A stretch of DNA of 64,000 nt from Lama glama. Lineage: Eukaryota. The stretch covers positions 61,010,001-61,074,000 of the forward strand of contig CM052817.1 of assembly GCA_028534125.1 (NCBI GenBank), read 5' to 3'. The notes beneath the pieces were generated by a model. That model ran no database searches, had not been told where the DNA came from, and saw only the letters and a program-made list of their open reading frames with translations. This document shows positions 36,500 to 47,592 of this stretch, piece by piece. A program made the translations under genes and the position numbers. Within the stretch, counting starts at the first letter, position 1, and each line of letters starts with the position of its first letter.

Positions 36500-36850
36500 T
36501 TAGAACTGAGGGTTGGATTAAGGGAACCAGTAAGAGATGGTGAGTCAGCCAGGGGCTAGCAACAGCAGGAGCCCATTACCACTGTAAGGCTACCGGCCAA
36601 GTGGAAGTAAGTGATCAAGTGAGAGCTCAGTCACGTGAGAGGCACGTGGCCACAGACCTAAACCCAGAAAGGAAGGAAGAAATACCCTGACCTCTTTCTC
36701 CTCCTGCCCACTTTTCTCCTGCTGTGCCTCCAGTAACCAAACCCCTTCAGAAGCCAGAATAAACTTAGTGTTGCTGTCCACAAGGATCAGAACCTCCCTT
36801 TTCACTGGCTCAGGGCACAGATCTGAGCAGAGACAGGAAGAAAATTGATG
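36500..36850 (-). mobile_element. ERVL LTR (LTR33/LTR41-like)
   Basis: AAGGGAACCAGTAAGAGATGGTGAG..CCAGGGGCTAGCAACAGCAGGAGCCCATTACCAC and GAAATACCCTGACCTCTTTCTCCTCCTGCCC...CAGAAGCCAGA. Confidence 0.7.
36632..36648. promoter_or_regulatory. Tandem E-boxes with a 5-bp spacer (ChoRE-like)
   Basis: CACGTG-AGAGG-CACGTG. Motif match only. Confidence 0.4.
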
Positions 36851-37200
36851 GTGGGATTTGCAGATGCATGACCAACGGAGATATTGAAAGAGAACTCACT
36901 TTCTATCAACTTTATCCATAGAAATGACAGATGTAAACTGTTTCATTCTGGTTAATCATACTAATTCTTATTTCTATTTTGGTATAACTATATGAGGTAG
37001 TGTCTTTATTTTGTTATATCTGTATGAGGTAGCATAACAGTTTCTTCCAAATCACTTTCATCTACTCCTTAGAATGTTTTAACACTGGACAGAGTTGTAT
37101 ATTGATTTTAGTCTGAAAATCTTCATGAAGAGGTAAGAATACTGCACCAAATTAGTATTTATACAAAATGCCTCTTCAGGAGATAGGACATACATCATTC

Positions 37201-37798
37201 ATACATGCACCCCAATGTTCACAGCAGCTCTATTTACAATAGCCAAGACATGGAAGCAACCTAAATGCCCACCAAAGATGAATGGATAAAGATGTGATGT
37301 GTGTGTATATATATATATGGATATCACTCAGCCATAAAAAAGAATGAAATAATGCCATTTGTAGCAACATGGATGCATCTAGAAATTATTAAAGTAAGTG
37401 AAGAAACTCATACAGAGAAAGACAAACATCACATGATATCAGTTATATGTGGAATCTTAATAAAATGATAAAAATGAACCTATTTATGAGACAAAAAGAG
37501 ACTCACAGACATAGAAAATAAACTTATGGTTACCAAAGGGGAAAAAGGTGGGGGGAGGAATAAATTAGGAGTTTGGGATTGGCAGATACAAACCACTGTA
37601 TATAAAATAGATAAACAACATGGTCCTAATGTATAGCACATTCGGTATCTTGTAATAACCTGTAATGAAACTACATTCAATATCTTATAACTTGTAGTAA
37701 CCTATAATGAAAAAGAATGTATATGTATGACTGAATCATTATGTTGAACACCAGAAACTGACACAACATTGTAAATCAACTAAACTTCAATTAAAAAA
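37201..37798 (+). mobile_element. 5'-truncated L1 3' end with target-site duplication
   Basis: ATACATGCACCCCAATGTTCACAGCAGC...AAATCAACTAAACTTCAATTAAAAAAA. TSD ATACATCAT[T/G]C at 37190-37200 and 37799-37809. Confidence 0.93.
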
Positions 37799-37824
37799 AT
37801 ACATCATGCATTGTAACACTTCAG

Positions 37825-37995
37825 AACTGAAAGAGACTATAAAGACCAAATTAAAATTTTTATTTTACAAAGGAGGACAAAAGTCTAGAGATAGCTGTAG
37901 TTTTCCCATTGCAATACAGGGCTCGGTTTTAGCAAGGTTAAGATCAGAACCCAGGTTTCCTGACTCTTTATCTGGTTTTCCCATCCTCCCATGGT
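37825..37995 (-). mobile_element. MIR SINE (degenerate)
   Basis: TATTTTACAAAGGAGGACAAAAGTCTAGAGA...CAGAACCCAGGTTTCCTGACTC. Confidence 0.55.
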
Positions 37996-40300
37996 ATAGT
38001 TCTCATTTATATTCCTATTATATAGTAGAACCAATTGTATTTCAAGGAAACAATAAATTCCTTCCCAAAACTGCCTTACAAAAGTGCACTAAGATGTACC
38101 TATCACCTTAATATTTCTCAACCATGATTTGAAGATACCATGCAGAGCAGAAACAATGTCCTTGTGGATTACCAGAAGCTCTTAGAACTGCCTATACTTT
38201 CTGTGAACCTTGGATCTATCATGAGCCCACTGGCCAACTGTGCATTCAAAGGTTCAAGCTTCCTGGGGCTCACGTTTTTTTCCAACAAACACAGTTCATT
38301 ATTTTCCAAGACCTATAAATGAAAGAATTTTAACTTGCTGTGTTTTAACTCCATGAAAGAAATTATCAGGGCTCACAGGAAGTTTCCTAGATATAAACAA
38401 TTCATTTGATTTTTGGTTCTGTCTTATCCTTTCACTTTCATACTCCTCTTACTTAATCTGATCATTTGCTATTCATATTTCCTCTTTAATGTCTGCAATT
38501 TTTATCTATGCTGTCTTGCTTTATTATACTTCCCTGCAGTAAGCAGTAACACACAAATAGAAGACTCAACTTTTTAAGTAGCTGTGTGCTTACAGATAGG
38601 TCACTGAAAGTCCACGCAAGTTAGGGCACTTCACAGGGCAGCAGAATTTCACCTGGAGTAACAGGTGTGTTGTAGACAAGAACTGTAAATGGCTCAGTTT
38701 GAATGATGGCTGTTGATGTTCATCTATGCTTTATTCTTGTGGTTCACCTAATGGGTCATGTTATTGACATCTGAAGTCTACAAAAATGGCCATGGAAACC
38801 TCTTGTGTCTAATGTTCCACTAGCATGGAACATTGATCTTCTTAGGACAAGATCACCAAGTGTTCTGGCTCCATTCCTGTCACAATAAAGATTTGCAAAT
38901 TTTATCAATAAAATAATTATTCAAGAAACATAGGAATATAAGTTATTTGGCCTCTGGCAATAAAAGTGTAGAAAAGTTTTAGTCTTCTACTATGAGATTA
39001 TAAAAGTAAAATAAATTAATGTGTATTAAAGCAGGCAGCATTTGGAATGCGTTTTTCAAAAAAATATCTCCACAGTGAGAATAGTATTACATTTAAAAAA
39101 AATGCCCATTATAAAGATTTTAAAGATTGAAACGGACTTACATCTTTCTAGAATATCTTAAGTTCCTGCTTTCTCAAATCTCAAATGCCTATTTGTGGAC
39201 TAGGGCCAGTCTGTGGCAAAGATTAACCAGTCTGTAGAGAAAAGAGAAAATAATACTAAGAAAAAAGGAGAGAGAAAAAGAGAGAGAGAGAGATTTATAA
39301 AATGCCAAGCTTTCTTTTCTGGGGGAAGACCCTACTTGCCTCTAAGGTTTTGCCATTCTTATTCTAGGAGGGTTAAATGATTATGGTGATAAATGGTGGC
39401 TGACTTTTTTTATATCCTTACTTAACAGAAAGTATTTTGCAAACCCATGTCAGTACTCCTCCTCATTTTTTTAAAAATTTAAAATTGTTTACTGATCTGT
39501 GACATGTACATGTCTAGGAAGGTTCTGATAAGCCTATGATGTCAAAGCTGATTCTACTGAAGAGCCAATCACATGGAACTATTCCTATTCTGATTTATTA
39601 CAACTGTTGTTGTCAATCCCAAACGCTGCAGACAGCTAGAAGATATCATCCCTACCAAACCGAAGGTGAATTGGACATTTTTTATCTTGTTAAAAGATAC
39701 TCAGACCTAGCTGGATTTTCCTCATTGCTCTCACCACCTCTGGTCACTTTCTCCTGACTCCTCAACATGCCTTCTCAGCTGTCTTTTCTAGCAAATATTG
39801 ACACTGGAATTTTCTAAATGGTTCCAAATCAGTACACACTGCTTATATTTATATTACCCAACAGACCAAACCTTAAAAACTGAGCAATCATCTCCAGACC
39901 TCTTGCACTGGAGAACTGAAAGCACCAGCAGAAGTTAACAACTCAGGGAAGAAGGTGGTATAAGGTAAGAATGTGGCTTTACTAATTATTAGGGGAAAAA
40001 AAGCACTGAGGCTCTGATAGAATTATCTCCAATTTCCCTACTTTGCTGGGAAGAAATACTCCTGAGCCTTTTTTCATAGTCACTGAAATTTATTTCTATG
40101 AAATTATTGATGGCCAAAGAGAAGAGCAAATAGCTCTGAGAATGGTTGGCCTCAGCTCTAACCATCGAAGGAAAACCCCAAGTGTCCGTCTCCTGGGGCT
40201 TGAAAGAGGAGTGAAATCTTTGGATTGGCTTAATTCTTTGGGCTGAAAGTTTTTAGAAATAAACTTCTGTACCACTCTCAGAGTCCTTGGACAGCCTGCA

Positions 40301-40432
40301 CAGAGCCAGGACTGCAGCGAGGCACACGAGGAGGCCCTCACTCTAGGGCCCCTGCAAGCATAGGGTTGGCACTGTGACACCCGCCCCTTTAAGCTTTGCC
40401 CTCCAGGTCTGCTCATCCTAGTCCTGGCCCTG
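40301..40432. mobile_element. MER96-like hAT-Tip100 palindromic MITE
   Basis: TIRs CAGAGCCAGGACT / AGTCCTGGCCCTG, with 8-bp TSD-like flanks AGCCTGCA and AGCCCACA. Confidence 0.8.
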
Positions 40433-40861
40433 AGCCCACACAGGACTGGATGTGAGATTTGATAGCAACCCCCCAAACAACAGCATGAGATGGGGGTGGG
40501 GAGGTGATATTTCCCCCTGCTACAGCTAAAGAATGGTTTAGGAGCGATGCCTGGTGAAGAATGGAAGGACCTTACCCACTTGTCAATGATGGGGACTACA
40601 CATATTTTTATGCCTTTTATGCATGTTTCACAATATCTTTTTTTAATAACTTCTTTTCTTTATAGTCATAAAGGTCATCAATATGTAAACAAATGACCCT
40701 TTAAAATGATTCAAAAGGTGCAATTTTTGGAAAATATGTCTTCCTCAACCCTTCCCTCTCTGTCATTGAGAATCATTAAGCCATAATCAGCAAACTGCCT
40801 CTAGCCTTAACCTCTGGGCAGCTCCTTACTTAACTGAAACTTTTTCTCCTGGAGTCTATTC

Positions 40862-41241
40862 ATATATTAATCTGCCTTTTGAGAAGCAGATCTAAAGTGG
40901 GATTAAAGGTACAAAGATTTTCTGAGGGGCAATGCCTGTGTGAGAAAAAATGGGGAAGGAGCCAGAACAGGCCAGGAGAGCTGACTGGGGTGTAAGTCTG
41001 ACAGGGAGTGAAGGAGAGAGGAAAGCAGACTGTCCTGCAGTCTAAGGATGGGTTAGCAAGGCCCCCCGGGAGCCCTCGTGCAGTCCCCTGTCTCCCTTGC
41101 TTTAGCATCACCCCTGCCGTACTCTGTCAGTGCCTGGGGCAGCCCCTGGGAAGCATGGCCTTGGTGCCAGAACCGGCCGGTGGGGCCCTTGGTTAGTTAA
41201 CCTCCCTGTAGTTTTGCAGTGCGCATTCTCAAGAACTACAG
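40862..41241 (-). mobile_element. ERVL solo LTR (LTR16-like)
   Basis: GAGAAGCAGATCTAAAGTGGGATTAAAGGTACAAAGATTT...AATGCCTGTGTGAGAAAAAATGGGGAAGGAGCCAG...GCAGCCCCTGGGAAGCATGGCCTTGGTGC...GCGCATTCTCAAGAACTACA. Confidence 0.75.
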
Positions 41242-41519
41242 TTCTCGCCGTGGCTTCTTAATCTTTCAACCCCTCACACCTCAGTTAAGATTGGTATCCC
41301 TTACTCCTCTGAGAAAACTTTTGGACCATTCTTCCTCTACTTTCTTTTTAAGAACAAAATAAAACCATAAACTTATCAAAGTAAACAAGAAAAAAAGCAG
41401 CTTTCAGGCTCATGCCATTTAGCTGGTCCGTCTTCTGAGCACTCATTTACTGAACTCTGATACCAGGCCAGTCTTCCTCACTCTCATTCTTTCTACTATA
41501 TCAGGTAAATTCAATACCT

Positions 41520-41895
41520 GGACCTCTCAGTTTCTCTTCTTCTTGATCACCCCTGACCTTCTCCTTTACCCGTTCTTCTACACACCCTGCAAGGACCTGT
41601 TCAAACAGCACGTCCTCATAGAAGCCTTCTCAGAACCCCAGCTAGATCGGCTCCTCCTGTCCTGTTCTTCACAGCATCTATGCTGCTCATTCAGAGCTCA
41701 GTGACAGCTTTGAAAGCATACATTTATCTGTGTTATTTGACTATTATCTTCTCTCTACCTTTAGTTCCATGAGGGCCAGTTAAATCTTTCTTGCTCTTTT
41801 CTTTCCTATCGTCCACAAGGTACCTGGCACATTGTAGATATTCAATAGATAATTTTTGTATAACTGACTAACTTACTAAATGAGTGAATGAGTAG
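41520..41895 (+). mobile_element. LINE-2 3' end
   Basis: CGTCCTCATAGAAGCCTTCTC...AGTTCCATGAGGGC...CCTGGCACATTGTAGATATTCAATA...AAATGAGTGAATGAG. Confidence 0.75.
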
Positions 41896-42802
41896 ATTCA
41901 AATTGAGTTAAGTTGAATTGAACAAAATATATAAATGGATGTTGTTGCTAAGACTTGTTCGTCTACATTTGAAATATATATAGTTACCAATATAATTAAA
42001 AACTTCTGAAGAATTGAAACTTTTCCTCATTTTATAGCCTATTACAAATTTCATCATTTAAAAAATTATGTTTAATTTTATCATCTAAATCAGTTTGGAC
42101 TGGTTTTTTATTTTAAACTACAGATGTCTTAAGCAAAATGTTCTTTACAATTCATCTAAAGTTTCCTTGAAGTTCATAACCCAGGGTCTTATACATATTA
42201 AAATTCACTATATAGGGCATCAATTTGCAGTACATTAATTCAACTTCTCTATATTCTGGTATTTTATTCTGCTTAATGAAACTAATCATTTGTCTGATTT
42301 CTCTTCACTTATTTTTACTGAGAGACATAGTTAACTTGACTCTTATATTTTGGGATTTATTCTCATCATAAGGCCTTTGTAAAGAATGTATCCATTTCTG
42401 ATCTTAATTTTTTTCTGAATTATTATGCTTTGATTTCTTTTTTGTGTTTATCCTTTTCACGATTTAATTATAATTAAGTCTAAAGAGTTAAATGTAGATT
42501 TTCTATGACTGCCTCAGGAGTTTTTTTAAACATGGGTGCAGTGGAGCACTATTTAAAGGGAGGTATACTATTTCGATCAGTTTTCCATATTTAACTTACA
42601 TTTTCTGTTTGAAATTAGTTTTTATAATAGTTTAATTTACATATTAAATCAAAATCCTTAACTTTGATTGGCATCTTAGAAATTTTGCCTTTGAAATGAG
42701 TATTCTGATTTTTATTATTCTTGGTTTTCTCCCAGGCTTAACACTAAAATTGTTTTATCCTACTATCTGATCTTAAATCTATCTTTTTCCTTTAATCTAG
42801 TC

Positions 42803-43092
42803 CAGCATTTCTGAATGATTTTGGCCTCAGGGACTCTTTACAGCCTTAAAAAATATTGATGATCCCTAAGAGCTTTTGTTTGTGTGGGTTATATCTATCT
42901 ATATTTATAATATTATAAATTAAAACAGAAATATTTAAAATATTTATTTATTCAATCATTCAAAGTAACAATCAATTCTTATATGTTATCATAAACTAAT
43001 AAAAATAATTTATATTTTCTAAAACAGAAAAAAATAGTGAGAAGAGTAGCATTGTTTTACATATTTGCAAATCTCTTAATAGAAAACATCTG
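42803..43092. mobile_element. hAT-Charlie non-autonomous element fragment (subfamily uncertain)
   Basis: TTTTGGCCTCAGGGACTCTTTACAGCCTTAAAAAATATTGATGATCCCTAAGAGCTTTTGTTTGTGTGGGTTATATCTATC...AGTGAGAAGAGTAGCATTGTTTTACAT. Confidence 0.7.
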
Positions 43093-43099
43093 TTTCAAG

Positions 43100-43460
43100 A
43101 AACTAGCCTGATGGTTACCAGCGTCGGGGTGGTGGGGCGGTGGCGTGGGGGCGACTGGAGATGTTGATCAAGGTGTACAAACTTCCAGGTGTAAGATGAG
43201 TAAGTTTTGGGGATCTAATGTACAGCATAGTGATCATAGTTAATAATGCTGTATTATACAGTTAAAAGTTGCTAAGGGAGTAGATCTTAAATATTCTCAT
43301 CACAAAAAAGAAATAGTAATTATGTGACGTGATGCAGGTGTTAGTTAATGTTATGGTGATAATCATTCTGCAATATATATGTATCAAATCAACAGGTTGT
43401 ACACCTTAAACTTATCCAATGTTTTATGTCCACTGTATCTCAGTAAAGCTGGAGGAAATT
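43100..43460 (+). mobile_element. L1MA9/10-like 3' UTR
   Basis: GATGGTTACCAG...GGATCTAATGTACAGCATAGTGA...AGTTGCTAAGGGAGTAGATCTTAAA...GTTGTACACCTTAAACTTA...CAGTAAAGCTGGA. Confidence 0.88.
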
Positions 43461-46339
43461 TTTTTAATTTTTAAGTCACTAAATATGAATAAAAAGAAAC
43501 AGCTCTTTCAAGTCATGCTGAAAGGTCAAGCAAAATTAGGAGTAAGCATTGATCACTGAACTGAGCAGTGGGATCCTGGGTTACACTGGTGATTCCTCAC
43601 TGCATCTCTCACCTAAGAAATGAAATTTTCAGCTAGGCATATCAAAAATATAGGAGCTATTCTATTCTAACATAATCCATATGCCATAATAATCTTAAAG
43701 ATGGTCTGCCCTCACTCCTATCTTATCTCACATAAAAACACTAAGTCAGAAAAATTTGAAAGTCATAAGCCATTTAATTACCAACATCCAGATCATCCTA
43801 TGTTTCTTAAAATGTTATTCCTATTCTTATGCAACTCTCCTAGTGAGTTTATTCCTACAATTTTGCTTCCTTTTTTCCTACATATAACTTACTAATAGTG
43901 TAACCACTGTTTTCCATTGAGGCATGAAGATGAATGGATTTTTGATTTAAGACTTTCAGGCTATTTGAACTTACAAAAGATTTTTTTGTAGATAATCGTA
44001 AAACAGAATTAGAGATTATGTTAAATACACATTTGTTGAAGTACAGAATACCTCTATAAATAATTTTAAAGTACTGAATTGATACATTTTTCAAAGTAAG
44101 CAAAAATAAGAAAAGTTTTAAAATGACTTTCATTATCATAGATACACTTCCAAGGAAACATCTCCAATAATTTATTAATAAAGCATTTAATTTACCAATA
44201 AATTGAAATAATCTAAAGCTAATCAAGGTTATAAAATACCTTTGTATGTAATTACTTTCCATAACTACATTATTTCTTGATGATTTAATTTATAAAATTA
44301 TTTTATAGTCCATATATATTTACATAGAAAGATGTCCACAATATATTGTTGAGCTAAAAAAAGCAAGTTATAGAACAATGTGATTAGGATAATCCCATTC
44401 AGGATTTTAGAAATCTACATATACATATGTTTATAAATATGCAGGCAGAAACTGGGAGACTATATGCCAAATTATTGATATTACTTACAGTCCTAGTAAA
44501 GGATTAAAAGAAAGGATTGTGTTTTACACTGTTTTGGGTTTGCCACTAATAAATACTATTTTATATGTCTTTAAAATACATTTGATTGTCAGAAACAAAG
44601 TTACTATTTTCACTTCGGGCACTAGTATATACATGTCTACAACTTGTATTATATATAATTTTTATATATTGCAATATATATTAATAAATATTCTTGTTTT
44701 GGTAAGAAGAGGGGGTTTATTTTTAACAAATTAGAACTTTAGGACTTCTATTCTCCAGATTTTTAATCACAGCTGCATAGATGCAAAAGCTACAAGACAA
44801 TGAATAAGAACGATTGCTAGGGAAAACTTGCATATTTCTCTTAATATAAAATTCTACTATGAAATAATACTTTGTGGTTCTCTGAAAATTGAAAAAACAG
44901 ATCTAGTTGCAATCATTGAAATTTTATAAGGTATTCAGTCAACTGCATTTTCCAGATTCCTTATTAGTTGGATTCGGGTATATCAAGGTTTTGTTCTGCT
45001 GCTTTTACTTCTATGTGCTTGTTTTCTAATATATTGCCATAGGGATAAAGAAGAAAGAAAGAGACTTTACCTCTAGTGCCAATTTGTTCTAAAAATGAGC
45101 CTGTCACAAAAACACATAAAGTGCCTCAAATTACCGACTTCACCAACATCCAAATACGTTTATTACGTACTATCAGTTTTTTAAAACAACTCTCATTTTT
45201 ACTATCCTAAATGGGACTGTTTTCTCAGACTTTAGTTTACCTTGAAAAAAACTGTTGTGTAAAAAGCAAGCTGAAATGACTGGCAGATCATGCTGACCAG
45301 GACAAAGCAGCATCTCACAGAAAACCTTTAACCTGAGCAACGTCACCCTTCATCCATTCACTTGTGAGAAGAGTGTCTGATGCAGAAATCTAGCAGGCAA
45401 CAAGAACCCAGCATAATTAGAAATGTAGCAGGGAAAAAGCATGCAATCGGCTGTAACTAACCATCTTTCAAAGAAGAATTTCTTTGAATTCCAATCAGGA
45501 CAGCTCTGTCTTGTAGACTGGGGGTGATTTTGAGGGGTGGGCTCGTGGGAGTATTACTAATCCTCTAACTCACAATAGCAAACCTCAATGGTCTAGCCTT
45601 CTACACTACATGGCTCTGACTCAGCCACAGTAAATGTACTTATTGTGTTTCAAGCTAAAATAAGTTTGCAGTAGCAATTTTACTGAAATTCTAGCTAAGC
45701 TAAAGGAAAAGGAAATCGTAATATGCCATTTTCCTTACCTACTGAGCAGGAACCAAGGCCAGTTCTAGATTTGTCAGAGTGCTCAGTACACTGGTTATGC
45801 TTCACAAAGCCAAATAATAAACATCTTTTAAATTATTTCACATAAGAAAAATTATTCACATACATCAGATTTCACTGAAAAGAATCAAGGTGCTTTTTCT
45901 TTTTTCTTCACATTTAAATCAGTAAATATTCACTAAATATCTATGATACACAGAACGCTCTGCTGACTGCTGAATTTAGATGAAGTGTAGGAAATATTTA
46001 TTCTTTCCCATTGTACTTTTCAAATATTTTTATAGTGAGTATTTTTGTAAGTTAAACATAGCCTAGGTTGTGTTTTCAAAACATTATTTCTCTTGCAAAT
46101 AGTCTTGTATAAAAAATACACACTCCTCTTATAACTGATCAAAGAAAACCTGTGATATCTTTACCTTTCTCCTAGGGGAAAAAGTGCCATTTTTTTTCCT
46201 TTTATGGGGAAGATATACTCTTTCTATTCTGGAAATATTCATTCATACCATTTTCTAGTTGATTTTAAATATTTGACCATGTCAAAGTCAGAAATAAATT
46301 TACTAAATGGTACCCTGCTGTCTATTTCCTCACCAAAGT

Positions 46340-46690
46340 GTGTCAGCAAGCGTTCCATCAAGAAAACAGCTAGGAAAGCAGAAACTGCTCAAGACATTTC
46401 AATCAGGAAACAGGTAGTACTTAGAAAAATGGCTCAGAGGCTACTGCGAATTTCATATCTGCAGAAGTCCACACACCTTCCTGCTGCTGCAGAGGAAGGA
46501 TAACATGGCACCAGGTTCTTTTTCACCTTGCAGGTATGATACAAATGCCTCTCCTAGTGGAATCTAACTCAGACCATGGCTGGCAGAGATTCTGGGAATG
46601 TAGTTCTTAAGTGTCCTGCTATGGCCACACAAAGGAGAACATGGCAGGGGGGAAACAATGCTAAATTGCCAACAGATAGTGTGTAGGCAG
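46340..46690 (-). mobile_element. Possible degenerate ERVL-type LTR
   Basis: CCTCTCCTAGTGGAATCTAACTCAGACCATGGCTGGCAGAGATTCTGGGAATGTAGTTC resembles ancient ERVL LTRs. Confidence 0.4.
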
Positions 46691-46964
46691 GAGGTAGGAT
46701 CGAGGCAAATTCTGTCCCAGCGGTATTGTCCAAAGAGATTTAAGCTGTGATTTAACAGCTCATCTTACAATTACCAAGGTCAATGATAGTTACAGTATAA
46801 TCCACTCTCAGTTATCCATTTGGGGAGTTTTGCTCTTTGATTCTCCCATGTTTATTTCCTTGACCACTTAGATAATAAATTTAAATCTCCTAAGTACTAA
46901 TTTCAATGATCTAACATAAAAACCATACATTAAATTACCACATGTCTATATCTACATTACTATA

Positions 46965-47300
46965 TCTCTATTGAGAACATACCAGCTGCGAGGCATTGTA
47001 CTGGAAGTCACTCTGCGGGATACAAAGATGGCCCCTTCCTTTCAAGTGTCCATGATTATTGGGAAGCAAGATGAAAATACAATCAATATAACTCAAGGCA
47101 GCCTGTGTCACAACTAACAAGGAGGCAGAGGAAGAGCTGGAGCTGGAGAGATTCCTATGAAGTGACGATGAGGAACTGAAGGAAGCCACGGGGAGGAAAC
47201 GCTTTTTGAGGTTAAAGATTCTGACAGATGGAATCAGAGTGAGTAGCATGTCAAGACAGAGGCCAGGGTAAGCAAAGTCAAGAGGCTGAAGAACTTGTTA
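46965..47300 (-). mobile_element. LINE-2 fragment
   Basis: TATTGAGAACATACCAG..GAGGCATTGTACTGG..GGATACAAAGATG and AGAGGCCAGGGTAAGCAAAGTCAAGAGGCTGAAG. Confidence 0.5.
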
Positions 47301-47311
47301 GCATTGAACTA

Positions 47312-47592
47312 GCAACACCACAAACTCAGATGCCCACAGGTGCCAGCAGTAACAAATGAAGCCGCCCATGGAGACTGTAGCCAGAAAAAGACTGCAAAAG
47401 CCACCTAAGGAGGTGACCCTGGTGAGAATGCTGGGCCTGGGGTTATCAGAGCTTTCAACTGTTTAACCAGAAGTGAAAAATGCTAACACCTAATTAAAAC
47501 AAAAGCAAAAACAAACTAAATCCTTGTGTAAATCAAATCAAACACATCTATAGCCCATATGTGGCCAATGACCAACCACTTGCAATCTCTGA
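47312..47592. mobile_element. MER102-like hAT-Charlie element
   Basis: CACAAACTCAGATGCCCACAGGTGCCAGCAGTAAC start and CAAATCAAACACATCT...CCACTTGCAATCTCTG end. Confidence 0.55.
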
